Below, piece after piece: positions 14,790-31,222 of a stretch of 64,000 nucleotides of DNA; the stretch's first letter is position 1, and the number at the start of each line of letters is the position of its first letter. The stretch comes from the human T2T-CHM13v2.0 reference genome, Homo sapiens: the NCBI RefSeq assembly GCF_009914755.1, contig NC_060947.1; one strand, given 5' to 3'. The translations under genes and the position numbers were made by a program. Under the pieces are notes generated by a model that worked only from the letters and a program-made list of their open reading frames with translations, ran no database searches and was not told the DNA's origin.

Positions 14790-17210
14790 ATAGAAGATTT
14801 GAACTGCCACTTATAGAAGGCAAGACAGAATTTATGAGCTGAATCTAACGGGTTGATTACCTGATAAAACAAAACGTAAACATTCTTCAGAGAAGTACAA
14901 TAGGATAATTTTCTAAACAACATAATAATCAAAATGTCCAAGAAATGCTCTAAACTGGACATACTAAAAGCCAGAAAAAAAGTGACCAATTCTCAAGTGA
15001 GAATACATTCAGCAGATGTGAACCTTGAAAAAATGCAGATGTTGGAATTATTAGAAACACCAAAAGAAAATGCATTCAAAATGAGTGGGTAGATGAATGT
15101 GTTCTCAGCAGAAAAATAGAAACTATAACATTGAACAAAATGGAAAATTTAGAACTGGAAAACACAACATTTGAAATAAAAAATTTTACCAGTTGGGTTC
15201 AATAATAGACTAGAGATGACAGAGGAAAGAGCCAGTGACCTAAAAAATAGGTCAGTAAATAGTGTCCAATCTGAGGAACACTAAGACAATGAAGATTAAG
15301 AGGTTGAACAAAATGAACACACTTCAGGAACTTCTGACGCATTATAAAGAAGTATAGCATTCAGGTCATTAGAGTTCCAAAAGGAGAGAAAAGTGCAAAA
15401 ATATTTTAAGGAATAATCTCAGAAAACTTTTCACATATAGTAAAACATAAATTAACATATTCAAGAAACTTGGTGAACCCAAAACAAAATAACTCAGAAA
15501 ATACCATGCCCAGACTACTGAAAACCAAGATAAATGTAAAAGTCTTAAAAGCAGTCAAGAAAAACATCATATGGTATATGTGGAACAATGATTTGAACAC
15601 CTATGGATTTCCCATCAGAAATCATGAAGGCTGGAGGACGATGGGACAACATCTTTAAAGTGCTGAAAGCAAATAACTGTCAACCCAGAGTTTTATATCT
15701 GCTGAAAATATATTTTGTAATTGAAGGTGAAATAAAGACATTCTCAGAAAAAGGGAAAATGAGAGAATCTGTTACTCACAGATGTGTTTTACAAGAAATG
15801 CTAAAGGAAGTTCATCAGGATGAAGGAAAATTATACCAAAGGGAAACTGAAATCCTTAAGTTTGAAGAAAGAGCAACATTATACGATTAAGTATAAAAGC
15901 CTGTTTTTCTCTGAAATTCTTTAAAATATATATTAATATTGAAATCAAAGGTATAAGATTTGGTGGAGTTTTCAATGTAGGTAGATGTTAAACTTACGAA
16001 AAATAGAAAATAAATGGGAAAAAAAACCTATATGGTTGTATGGCTTCTATGTTTTACTTGAAGTGGCAAAATTCTACTTAAGAATGGCTAGCTCTTAAAT
16101 AGATTGTAGCCATACACAGGGTTGGTGCAAAAGTAGTTGCATTTTTTCCCATTACTTTTAATGGCAAAAACCACAATTACTTTTGCACCAACTTTATACA
16201 TGTATATGCACATACACACACATGCAGAAATCCTAGAAAAATGATTAAAAATATAATTCAAAAAGAAATTGCAAAAAGGCCAATATGTAAGTTGAAATAG
16301 AATAGTAAAATGTATTTAATCCAAGAGAAAGCAGGAAATATCAGGCCTAATCAAATGTCAGGCCTAAATGCTAAAAATTACATTGAATACAAATAATCTC
16401 AACACACTAATTCAAAGACAGAATGAAAATTGGATAATAAAAATAAGAGCCAATTATATGCTGTCTACAAGAAATGCACTTTAAATATAAAGACATACAT
16501 ATGTCAAAAATTAAATGATGGGAAAAGATACACTATGCCAACACTAATTTAAAAAATGCCATAGTGGCTATATTAATATCAGATAAAGTAAATTTAAAAG
16601 CAAGGAATATTTCCAGGGATAAAGAAGGAATCCATGATTATAAAAGAATCAGTACACAAAGAAGACATAACAATCATATATGTATATGCAGCTAACAAAA
16701 GATCTTCCAAATACACCTGATAAAAAGTAAAAGAACTGAAAGGGGAAATGGACACATCTGCAATTGTACATGGTAACTTTAACATACATATATCAATAGT
16801 TGACAGAAAAATTAGGAGCTGAATGTGGATATAGAAGACTATCACCAACTTGAATTCACCTTCTTACCAAGTGTACATGGAATATGCCCTAAGATAGACT
16901 ATTCTGAGCTATAAAACAAACTTTTAAAATGTAAAAGGATTGAAATCATACAAAGTATGTTTGCCAATCATAATGAAATTAAAGTAGAAATCAATAACAG
17001 AAGGATATCTGGAAAACCCTCAAATATTTGAAAGACACTACTAAGTAACCTATGAATAAAAAAGGGAGACCCAAGGGAAATTAGAAAATATTTGGATTAA
17101 ATTAAAACATTTGTGACATGCAGCTAAAGCAACTCTCCAAGGGAAATGTATAACACTAAATGCATGTATTAAAAAAGAAAAAGTTCTCAAAATAATGGTC
17201 TAAGCATCTT
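14790..17210 (+). mobile_element. Old L1 (L1M) fragment covering degraded ORF1 and the ORF2 endonuclease start
   Basis: ORF 15603-15890 (WDNIFKVLKANNCQPRVLY...EGEIKTF) is L1 ORF1p C-terminal-like; atatgctgtctacaaga marks the ORF2 EN region; many stops. Confidence 0.88.
16117..16197. mobile_element. MADE1 mariner-derived MITE (miR-548-type hairpin)
   Basis: gttggtgcaaaagtagttgc...attacttttaatggcaaaaaccacaattacttttgcaccaac, an ~80-bp near-palindrome. Confidence 0.92.
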
Positions 17211-17214
17211 TAAA

Positions 17215-18130
<916 letters not shown>

Positions 18131-18329
18131 AGTTTATTTTTGAAATAATTCCATATTAACATTTTGATAGTTTACGACTGCACTACTATAAACATCAATC
18201 TAATTAATATTCTTGTAGCTACATCCTTGTACACATATGTGAATATTTCTGTAGGATAAATTGCTAGAGGAGGGTCAATGAGTAAAAGCATTTTGAAACT
18301 TTGGATATATAATTGGCAATTTGGTAAAT

Positions 18330-19565
18330 TCCTCTTGCAAACATTTTGTTTCCTTGGCTCTTTGGTACTATTATTCTTTTGGTTTTCCTTTTACATCATT
18401 GACTATCCCATTTCCTTTTCTAGGTTCTATTCCTCATCCCAACCTCCAAATGTTGGAAAGTCCCATAGCTCAGTCCTTGGAGCTCTGCTTTATCTGTAAT
18501 GGGTTTCTATATAATCTCAGCTGGTACCATGACTGCCAAATTTATATCGCTAGCCCAGGTCTTTCCCTGAATCCCAGGCTATCCACCTGGGTATCTAAAG
18601 GGCATTTTAAACTTAACATGTCTGAAACCAATATTTTTATTCCTACCCCCTCCTCAATCAGCTCTTCCCTTATTATTATTCAGTCGCTTAAGCCAAACAC
18701 AGAAATATCCTTGATTTTCTCTCTCTTCCACAATCCACTTTGAATCCATCAACAAATCCATTCTGGTCTACATTCAAAATATAACCCAAATCTGAAAACC
18801 TCTCACCATCTCTGCTTCAACCACTCCAGCCCAAGACACCATCGTATCTCAACTGAACTACTGCAGCTGACTCCTAAGTGCCCTCACTCTCGCCCCTCTA
18901 AAGTCTATTGTACATACCATAGGATGAACAATCCTTTGAAAATGCAAATAGGACTATGCCAATGACCTAGTCAAAGTCTTCCAGTTGGCCAGGCATGGTG
19001 GCTCACACCTATAATCCCAACACTTTGGGAGGCCAAGGCTGGAGGACTGCTTGAGCCCAGGGGTTTGAAACCAGCTCGGACAACATAGCAAGACCTCATT
19101 TCAAAAACAAACAAATGAAAAAAGTCCTTCAGTGGCTTCCCAGTACACTTATGAAATCCATAGTTCTCTGTTCTGTACACACTGGCCTCCTTGCCATTTT
19201 GTTTGTTTGTTTGTTTTTTCTCCAGTTGCTTACAGAAGCACTCCTTGCTATTTCTTGATTGCCCCCAAGGAACTTTTCTCTTGCAGTTGCCTTTGTTGTT
19301 TTATTTCATTACATTTTCTGCTCAACTATTACCTCCTCAGGACCTCTTAGACCATTCTGTATAAGACAGCACCTTCTGCCACTCTTTGCCTCCTTATCCT
19401 GCTTAATCTGTTTGTCATAGCCTTTATCAGTAACAAATACAATATATATTCATTTGTTAATTTATTTCTGTCTCCTAAGAATGTAAGCTCTACAGGTGGC
19501 AAGGCTGTTTTTCTATTTTCTTCATTATTATATATAACAGGCCCTCAATGAATAAATAAATAAAT
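18330..19565 (+). mobile_element. L2 LINE 3' part
   Basis: aaacttaacatgtctgaaacc, aatccatcaacaaatcc and gaatgtaagctc motifs with an aataaat tail. Confidence 0.75.
18987..19122 (+). mobile_element. FLAM/AluJ left monomer
   Basis: Monomeric Alu with A-rich tail; TSD aaagtc. Confidence 0.85.
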
Positions 19566-19578
19566 TAATGAGGCTGAT

Positions 19579-19892
19579 TGCTATGATCTGAATGTTGGTG
19601 TCCCCTTAACCAAATTTATATGTTGAGACCTTATCCCTAATGTGGTGATATTAACAGGTGGAACTTTTAGGAGGTGATTAGGTCATGAAGGTTGAGACTT
19701 ATATTAGTGTCCTTATAAAAGAGACTTCAGGGAGCTTGTTTACCTCTTCTACCATGTGAGGATGGAGTGAGGAGTTACCATCTATGAGGCACAAGTCCTC
19801 ACCAGACACCAACCTGGTGCTGCCTTGACCTCAGACTTCCCGGCCCCCAGAACTGTAAGAAATAAATTTCTATTGTTAATAAATTACCCAGT
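19579..19892 (+). mobile_element. MLT1A/MST-type MaLR LTR
   Basis: tgctatgatctgaatgtt start; ccagaactgtaagaaataaatttct end. Confidence 0.8.
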
Positions 19893-20208
19893 GGCCAGGT
19901 ATGGTGGCTCATGCCTGTAATCTCAGCACTTTGGGTGACCAGAGAGGGAGGTTCACTTGAGCCCAGGAGTTTAAGACCAGCCTGGGTAACACAGTATGAC
20001 CTCATCTCTATAAAAAATAGAAAGTAGCTGGGCATGGTGGCACATGGCTGTAGTTCCAGCTACTTAGGAGGCTTAGGTGGGAGGATTGCTCGAGCTAGGG
20101 AAGTCAAGGCTGCAGTGAGCCATAATCACCATAATCACACCACTGCACTCCGGCCTGGGTGACAGAGTGAGACCCTGTCTCAAAAAAAAAAAAAAAAAAA
20201 AAAAAAAA
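19893..20208 (+). mobile_element. AluJ
   Basis: Full Alu with J-type gagcccaggag and gtcaaggctgcagtgagc. Confidence 0.92.
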
Positions 20209-20329
20209 GATGATCACTGTGGAGTTTTTTTATTTCTTAATGGTACATAAAATAATGTGCATCCTACAATTGATGGCATCAAAGATTTGATGAATCATGC
20301 TACTTGAGCTGCTTGTCATTTGTCTACCA

Positions 20330-20695
<366 letters not shown>

Positions 20696-23600
20696 TGAAA
20701 AGCTAACAAAGTGATAAGTCAGAATTGCATAAATCTTTTTAATTTTGGGCTAAATCAGGTAGCAATCATTTCACAAAAGTATCAGATTAGTAGTTTTCTG
20801 GTTGCCTTTGATGGGCCTGGCTCAGGAGTTCCCAGGCTATGAGTGAGAAAGGAAAGATAGGAGATATTGAGCTTAGACAGGAAGGCTTTTTGGCCCATAC
20901 TCCAACTCCAATGGAGCAGCTCTTCCCTTACCTATATTAGATTATGGGTTTCCTTGATCTTCCCATTATTTCACTTGAATAAAGAATGCTATTGATTAAA
21001 ATAAACATAATTATTTGAAAAGTACCGTTTTAAATGTTGAAAGAAGGGCCAAAGAGTATGTGCTAGAATTGTAGAGGAAGCCTTTCATTAAATATGTAGA
21101 AGGAAATTAGATAATGCTCTTTTATATTTATATAGTACTTTACATGCTTCCAAGTGCATTTGCATATGTTATCCCACTTAAGGTTTATTATATCGCCAAG
21201 AGTTAGGCAAGTCAGCTAGCACTACACTCATTTTACAAATGGGAAATATGTGTCTGTGAGTTATTCAAGATTACATTACTAGTTACTATAATCTATGGAA
21301 GAGCCAGAATTCAAGAATCAGAAATCAAAGTATTCTGATTCCAGGAGAGCATTAACAAAATATGGACTCTTTCACAAGTAAGAAAACTTAATTTCTCTCA
21401 AAGACTTTGATTCTCTTAAAGCATATTAATTTAAGATTTTCCTTTCAATCATATTTATCTACAGCTCAAATCTAATCCTCATATTACGTTGTTCCTACAC
21501 CTAAAGCTTTCTAGCTCAGAGTTTTGTCTCCTCTGATGCCCTGAGAAACAGCATAATGTGGTCACACTGTAATGTGATATAGCTGATATTTTTTCAAAAA
21601 AATAGTGATGAGTAGATGCTTCTACCAGATTGCAAAAAAACTTATTTTAATGGTCTTTTATTACAGAATCATAAGGTAACTGATGAGGAGACTGGATTTA
21701 GCAGACTGAATCTGGCAGCTTAACAATAATCAGTGTGCCAGACACAATTACTCTGTCCCAGACACATTACCCAAATCATTTCATTTGATTCATAACAGCA
21801 ACTCTATTTCATGAGATGATTGATAGCTCCTGAGCTGACTCCCTTCAGCACTATCACCCACTCCCTCCCTGAGGACATTCCATAGGAGATCAACCTTGAA
21901 CAAAAAAAATCTTTTTTTTCATCAAAAGTATTCAATATTTAGAGACAGTTGTATGCTTTAATATTACACTTTAGCTTTTACTACCATTTAAACTTTAACA
22001 TTAGGCATGCACAGCTAAGATCTGGAGAGCCTTTATTGGACAAGTAAGTGAGGTACTTCAAGACACTATAAATTTAACTGTACAGTGCAGCTTTTGATGG
22101 AATGAAATGAAGATTACCCCAAAAGGCAAGTTCTCAGGGATGGAAAGAGACTTCAGACTTGCAGTCCAATTTTATTGATGCAAGAATCGACTCAGAACAA
22201 ATGTGAGAACTCTGGGGCTTTCTCAGGCCTTACAGAAATCCTCTCCCCTAGGCAACATGAGGTTAAACTGATTTCATATAGTTAGAATCTGCCCAATATT
22301 CTGCTTCTGCATTCACCAGCTCCCATAGCTGAGACTGCTTTGCCTTGCCTCAAATTCTGAGACCAATTCTGCTTTTATACAAGAGCGATAGAAGGAAAAT
22401 AATGACGTCTGTTAAGTACTTTCTCTGTGTCAGCCACATCATCCAAATCGTTTCATTTGATTCCTCACAACAGCCCTGATTACTGCCAACACACAGCACT
22501 TAAGACAGTAAATTCTATACACAATTTTTGACTGATTGAACAAACATGCAAAGTAGTTCTTCATACATATTCCCATTTTATAATTGAAGAAATAGATGCT
22601 CAGATGGGTTAAATATGTTGCCCAAAGTTATGGAGGTGATAAACTTCTTCGTCTCTGTCTCCTTGTCTCCTTCCCTTCCTTTTTTTTTTACCTTTTGCAA
22701 GTTTTAGAAAATTCTCAGAAGTTACACATAATTGGCATTGAGAACCTAAACATTACAAAAGTATAAAATGTTAAAAATGAAAGTCTCTTTGTCTTTGTCA
22801 TCCTCTATCCACTTTCCAGAGATAACAACTATAAGTAATTTGGTGTGTCCATGTCCTTTTCATTGTATCAAGCAAATCTTATCACTGTTGCTGTGGCTCT
22901 GGGTTGAAGCTTATAACTCCTGGATTGACATAACTCGGCTTTGTCTTGATCTTTTGTTCCAAACTCCCATTCTGCACCCCCAATTGCACAACTATTTTTA
23001 TTATTGTATCCTCGTGCTTTTGTTTCTGCTACTGTCAGCAAGAATATGTTGGTGTTGTTTATAATAAGGGTATTACTCTAGCTGTGTTTTAAAAAATTAA
23101 ACCTTTTCTATTTAATTTGCCAGTGTACACTTGGCGGATATGACAGACAGTGGAAATGTATTGTGCACCAACTGCTTTATGACTGTGGTAGCAGTTGAAA
23201 AGGTAAGCATGGCAGCAGTGTGCACTAAAACTGATAAATGGATTGTAAAGAAAAGCAGTACACAATCAAAGAACTGGTAACTGCTTGTCTCTGCACTCTG
23301 ATTTGATGAGGTTCTATGATAGAGCCTCAGTCTTCCCGGAGGCAATCTGTGTTTTTGCAGAAACAGGTAACTTATCTTAATAGATCTTTAGTTTATCATC
23401 AAATTTCTCCTTTCATTGTGTCTTGCAGTAATTTATCTTTTACAAGGGATCTGTACCGATTCCATTTCCAGCAAATTTCTCCCCAACATCTTCCTTATTC
23501 AGCCATTTAACTGTCTCTTCACTGAGTCAGTTCTAAGGACCAGCCATCACTATTCTGTGACCACAATATTTTCTTCCTCATCTTCTTTTATTAGCTACAG

Positions 23601-23789
23601 TACTCTCTCTTTTTGTTCCCCACCCCTACCAAATAATCTTCAGTATTTTTAGCTTTCCTGATGAGTTTTTCATTTAGTTCTTTTAACTTTCTTGCCTACT
23701 CATCATGAGACCCATGATATCTCTTTATTAACTCAAATAGTGTCTTATTTATTTGATATTTTGTTAAGTCTGCAAAGCTCATTCTCTCT

Positions 23790-24498
<709 letters not shown>

Positions 24499-25339
24499 CC
24501 TGCAAAGCTCATTCTCACCAAGCAAGAAATGTCCTATCATTCTGTTCCTTTGATTTTACTCCTAGGCCATGAAACATTTCTGAGTAAAGTCACAAAACCA
24601 TGATGACCAAGTTCACAATAAATTTTAGCTATTGAACTTCAGCTGGATTTTGCACTTTGCTTACTAGTTCTTTCAGCCTTTCTTAAGCTATTCTGATAAT
24701 TTCCTATGGTAGATGCCTAAGCTTTATACAGTCTAGTATCTCAGCTCTAAACATAGTTACTTAATTCCATGGATAAAACTGAAGCCATGAAATATGGGCT
24801 CTGACCCTCCCTGGTTTCCCTCTAAGTAAATTTTTATTGCCAAGCTTTCCTCTCCACCAGTATCTAAGCATCTAACATCCTATTTTTGTTCTGGAAGAAA
24901 TACCTCTCGCATCTTGCTGCATCAATGATCTCCTCTCTGCAATGTCAATCTCTTTTGTTCCCTCAGAATTCTCCACAATATTGCTTGAAATTGTATATCT
25001 CCTAAAATTACCATTTCATTTTCCCCCCATACCCTTTACTGCCAATATTTTAGACTATTTTTAAGGTTTCCATTCCTTACTGCTTGTTTGTATTCTTTAA
25101 AATCTGGCTTCTAATCTTCTAAACTGTACTAAAATTATTTCTCTAAAGTTCCAGTGTTCTGATAATAGTTTTATATTGTGACTTTTCCAGTTGTCATCCT
25201 TTTAGCCCTCTCTAAAGCATAGACTCTGTTGTCTCTTTATATTGAGAAACGTCTCTATTGTGGACCTACTTCTATCTTTAGGTGCCCTACCGCATTAAAG
25301 TCTGCTATATATTGTAAGCTTTTGCATGGAGAATTAAGG

Positions 25340-25830
25340 GTGTTTATTTACACAAAGATCTGTACTTGAATGTTTGTGGGGATTTATTCAAAATAGTCAA
25401 AACCAAAAATCAACCGAATTGTCCTTCAATGGGTGAATGGCTAAACAAATTGTGGTACATCTAGAAAATGGAAAACTACTTGAAAATAAACATGAACAAA
25501 TTACTGATAACAAACAAAAAACATAGATGATTCTCAAAAGCATATGGTAAGTGAAAGAAGCCAGACACCAGTTGCATACTTGACCATTCAATTTATATGA
25601 TATTCATGAAAGGCAAACTACAGTTACATGAAGCAGATTAGTGGTTGCCAGGATTTGAGGTTGTGAGAGGGTATTGACCACCAAGAGACAAAAGGGAATG
25701 TCCTAGAGTGATGAATATTTTCTATATAATGATCACGGTGGTGGTGGTTACATGACTGGATACATTCTTCATTGATATTTTAGAATTTTACTGAATATAA
25801 ATTATATCTCGCTAAACTCACAAAAAGTTA
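25340..25830 (+). mobile_element. Old L1 (L1MC/ME) 3' end
   Basis: gtccttcaatgggtgaatggctaaacaaattgtggtacat...agattagtggttgccagg. Confidence 0.8.
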
Positions 25831-26059
25831 AATATAACAAATCAGAACTAGTGCAACAATATTAATATCCTCATGTACTTCCCAAAGAAAAAAAATTTTA
25901 TGGTTATTCAAAATATTCCATTATAGTCCCAAATGCATTATAAATTTATTTTTAAATCTACCACTGAATTCAGTGATGTTAGTTAAATAGAACATACTTT
26001 TTGAATAAAAACTGACTCAGATTAAGAAAACAAAAGTAATAAAAAATAAGTAAAACATA

Positions 26060-26325
26060 GTCGCCCAGGCTGGAGTGCGGTGGTGCCATCTTGGCTCACT
26101 GTAACCTCCGCCTCCCAGGTTCAAGCAATTCTCCTGCCTCAGCCTCCTGAGTAGCTGGGATTACAGGCACCCGTCACCACACCCGGCTAATTTTTGTATT
26201 TTTAGTAGAGATGGGGTTTCACCATGTTGGCCAGGCTGGTCTTGAACTTGTGAGCCCAAGTGATCTGCCCGCCTTGGCCTCCCAAAGTGCTGGGATTACA
26301 GGTGTGAGCCACCATGCTGGGCTGG
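26060..26325 (-). mobile_element. AluS lacking its 3' end and A tail
   Basis: Starts abruptly at tcgcccaggctggag with no T-run. Confidence 0.9.
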
Positions 26326-26537
26326 CCTGAAGACTATGTTTATAACTATCATAGATCGATGTAACTATTTCATTCTTGAGGACTACTAGATCATTTCACC
26401 AAGTAGGCGGACAATTCAGATTGTCTGAATGACAAACTACAGTACTGGAGGTGAGGAGTGATGACTTCTTGTGAGATATGACCCTTTTCTTGAGGGAACA
26501 CTCTTTGAGATGACAGCAAGGCACAAATGATTTTAAA

Positions 26538-26670
26538 TGGGCATGGTCTCATGCCTGTAATCCTAGCAGTTTAGAAGGCTGAGGAGGGCAGATCCCTTGA
26601 GCCCAGGAATTCAAGACCAGCCTGGGCAACATGGTAAAACTTCGTCTCTATTTAAAAAAATAAAAATAAA
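26538..26670 (+). mobile_element. FLAM/AluJ monomer
   Basis: Left-arm Alu sequence with A-rich tail. Confidence 0.8.
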
Positions 26671-27020
26671 TGTATTAGTTCATTCTCACACTGCTGTAAA
26701 GATACTACCTGAGACTAGGTAACTTATAAGGAAAGAGGTTTAATTGACTTACAGTCTCACATGACTGGAGAGGCCTCAGAAAACTTAGAATCATGACAGA
26801 AGGGGAAGCAGCCACGTCTTCCGTGGCAGCAAGTGACAGAGAGCATGTGAGAGTGCAGGAAAAACTACCATTTATAAAACCATCAGATCACATGAGAGAA
26901 TTCACTCACTATCATGAGAACAGCATGGAGGAAACCGCTCCCATAATACAATCACTTCCCTCCCTTGACACGTGGGGATTACAATTGGAGATGAGATTTG
27001 GTTGGGGACACAGAGCCAAA
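26671..27020 (-). mobile_element. MSTA/THE1-type MaLR LTR
   Basis: tgtattagttcattctcacactgct...gagatgagatttggttggggacacagagccaaa. Confidence 0.88.
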
Positions 27021-27044
27021 TAAATGAATAAATAATATGGGCAC

Positions 27045-27400
27045 GGTCAAGGTTTTCCAACAACTCTCTTGGTATTCCTAACGGAATTTTTCACATGTTG
27101 AGACGTTAATATCCTACACAATGATGTTTAACGTTGGGTAGTAGTCCGTATTTAAAAAAAAGATTTCCATGGTAAAATAAGGTTGGAAAATATTGTATTA
27201 AACAACATAAATAATTTAAAATAGATTACTGTAGTACATTTCAGAATGTTTTGATATGCAAATATGCATTGGAAATCTCCAAGCAAGTGACAGAGTAGGC
27301 AGGGCTTCCCAAACTTACCTGATTCTATGACATATTTGTATTTTACACCTATTAACTTCTCTCAGAGCTATCTGGAAGACACTTTAGGAAATGCTATTCT
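27045..27400. mobile_element. hAT-Charlie-type DNA transposon remnant
   Basis: Internal inverted motifs aaataaggttggaaaat / ttcccaaactta and end cactttaggaaatgct. Confidence 0.55.
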
Positions 27401-28119
27401 AATATTTACAGACCCATGAATGCAGTGTATACCCAATTTTCAGGTCTTGAGTTTTGCGACTTTTTTGCCTTGCTCTGAAAGATTTTATATGGAATGTGTA
27501 GGGAATAAGGACCAGTATGTTGCTAGGAAAGTTAATTGGACAGAGGGATAAATCATGTGGGTAAAAGCAAGTAGAAGCTTGTTAGGCAGATTCTGTACCT
27601 TCTCATCAGCAAAATATTTATAAGCCTTCCCTAAGTGACAGTTACAAGTAAAATTTTCAAAGATGGCAATCCTGAGCTTTTGCTTTTTCACTGTATCCTA
27701 ATGCTAGGTGTTCCTTCTTAGGCCTATTTCTCTAGTATCTGTCATCATGTCCTTTAAGATTCATTTATTCAACCAGACCTTATTTAGTATCTATTATGTA
27801 TATTTCACTGAGGTAGGTGTTAAAAAGTATGAAAAAAAGATGTAATGAACATGGTTCCTTTCCTTGAGGCGCAAATAATCTCACATGTGAGACAAAACTT
27901 ACTGCTCATTTGGCCTTCTTTTTCACTGTTGTGCAATATACCTCATTCGAGGCATGTCAGGCTCATCATTCTTCTCCTCCCAACTCAGATACATTTTATG
28001 CCAATTTTGTTCTCAGTCCTTTGGTTTATGCCATTCTCTTGCTCTGGAATGGCTCCTTACTCCTTTCTCCTATCAATATCTGGCCTTCCTTCAAGATCGA
28101 GCTGAGGTTGCCATCCTTT

Positions 28120-28270
28120 CTTCTTTTTCTTTTTTTGGATATGGGTTAGCACTCTGTCACCCAGGCTGGAATGCAATGGCAGGATCATACCTTACTGCAG
28201 CCTGGAACTCCTGGGCTCAAACGATCCTCCTGCCTCAACCTCCTGAGTGGGATTATAGGAGCAAGCTGGA
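28120..28270 (-). mobile_element. Alu monomer fragment (FRAM/AluJ)
   Basis: ctctgtcacccaggctggaatgcaatggc...ctcctgggctcaa. Confidence 0.8.
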
Positions 28271-28554
28271 GTCCCATTCTTCCTTTAAAACCTTCCTTTA
28301 CTGCTCTTTTCTCATCTACTCTTTCTTTTGTTTTATACTGAGGTTAATTGCTTATGTGTATTTATCTTGCCTCCTCAAATAGATTGCAAGTTCCTTATGT
28401 TTCTCAGAATAGGAGAGTTTAAAAAAATTAAAAAGTTTTTTTTAAAAAAGATTACGAGTTCCTTTAAGGTAGGGAATGCTTTATATGGGTATTCCTTACA
28501 GTACCTAGCACAATTCTGGGCACAGAATAGGTTGATAATAAATACTTCTTCTGT

Positions 28555-28992
<438 letters not shown>

Positions 28993-29487
28993 CTGTATTT
29001 TCATGATATCTTGTAGGCGGGGTTGCCTATGGGCTGGGAGAGGGAATAATATTTCAAGTAAAATAGGTGGTTAAAAATTGTTAAGCTGTAGAGCCATAAC
29101 CTTAATATTTTAATGCTTTAGTTTTTGACTAATTATATTTCTGGCCAAAATGACATGTTTGAAAGAGTATTGTAGCATAATTCAAATGTCTACAATTAGA
29201 ACTTTGGAAAGGATGTATCCACCATTTTTTTCACATTCAAAATATTTCCATAGCATACCCTAAGAAATTAATGTATGCCCTCAAACTGATACCAGCCGAA
29301 ATATTATTTCATGTTATCCAAAATAATCACTTTTTTCCCAGAAATATCACAACAATTAAAACTAAAAATTGGAGTGATCAAGATTAAATAGACTTGACTT
29401 TGTCTCCTTTCTGTTTACTATTACAGTTTTCCACTTGAAATCAGCTCACCTTGGGATGTATAGAATGGTATACAGGCCTTTTATATG

Positions 29488-29645
29488 ATGGCACACACAC
29501 ATCTGTAATCCCAGCACTTTGGGAGGCTGAGGCAAGAGAATGGCTTGAGCCCAGGAGTTCAAGGCTGCAATAAGCTGTGAGATTTAGCCACTGCACGCCA
29601 GCCTGGGTGACAGAGCAGGACCCTGCTCAAAATAAATTTTAAAAA
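29488..29645 (+). mobile_element. FRAM/AluJ right monomer
   Basis: tgtaatcccagcactttggg...ttcaaggctgcaa...gcctgggtgacagagc. Confidence 0.8.
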
Positions 29646-30169
29646 GGTATATATATTAAATGAAGTAAAATGAAAAATGTATGTTCAAAATGGAGTTCAT
29701 GAAAGCCAATATAAAACATTTAATACTGTATAATTTTCAGCTTTTAATAAAATAACATTTTCCGTTTTAATATAATGAGCTGCATTTTCTGCTTTGGCAG
29801 AAGGATGCAGGACACATTACTTTCACTATCAACTGTTTTTGTAAACAACATAGTTTAGTTCAATTAGTGTGACTCATTCCAACAGGTCATTAAATCAGTA
29901 TTACAGGCTAACTGAACTGATTAGTCAAAAAAATTTTCACAGCGGAAAGTCACAACATCTCAATTCTATTAGAGTAAAACCTTGATTGACCTGACTCTAA
30001 CTAACCTGAACTCTCAATTAACAGGATTTTTTTTCTGCACTTGAATTTTAAAAGAACAAGGCAAATAAAAGGACAACTTTATAGTAAGTATGTTATAGAT
30101 AGTACAGTTATAAATGGTAGGCTGTCCCAATGAACAGGCCTATTTGTTGTGTTTTGAAGAACACTGTGA

Positions 30170-30615
<446 letters not shown>

Positions 30616-30929
30616 AGAGAATTGCATAATCTAAAATGAGTTACACCTTATCAATCAAACGTATATTTGATATTTTCCAACATGAAAGTTCACTGTGAGG
30701 CCCATAAAAGGTCAATTTTGATGGCGCAAGGGTGGATTGAAAATTGAGGACAAGATAGTTTCCAAAGAAGGCAGATGTCTTATGGCTACCACATGAGAGA
30801 TCTTGGTTATCTGCTAAGGCAGCATGGGAAGAAGTATCTTTGGGGATAACGCAATGAAGGGAAGGCTGGAAGATACTAAAGTGAAACTGATTTACCTCAG
30901 ATTTTCTAATGTCAGCCTTCAGTACAGCT

Positions 30930-31222
30930 TTATTCATTTATTTATTTTTGAGACAGGGTCTTGCTCTGTTGCCAGGCTTGAATGCAGTGCCAAGATCATA
31001 GCTCTCTGCAGCCTGGACATCCCAGGCTTAAGCAATCCTCCCACCTCAGCCTCCTAAGTAGCTGGTACTACAAGCAGGTGCCACCAAGCCCAGCTAATTT
31101 TTGTATTTTTTGTAGAGATGGGTTCTCAGTATGTTGCCCAGGCTGGTCTCAAACTCAAGCAATCTTCCCGTGTTGGCCTTCCAAAGTGGTGGGATTACAG
31201 GTGTGAGCCACCACACCCGGCC
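30930..31222 (-). mobile_element. AluJ
   Basis: Diverged full Alu; TSD tacagc. Confidence 0.9.

Noticed and set aside
15603-15890. ORF similar to L1 ORF1p
   Set aside because: Degraded fragment of an old L1, not a host gene
21725-22480. Similar segments at ~21760 and ~22430 (ccaaatc.tttcatttgattc)
   Set aside because: Both look like MIR fragments, so shared ancestry explains the similarity
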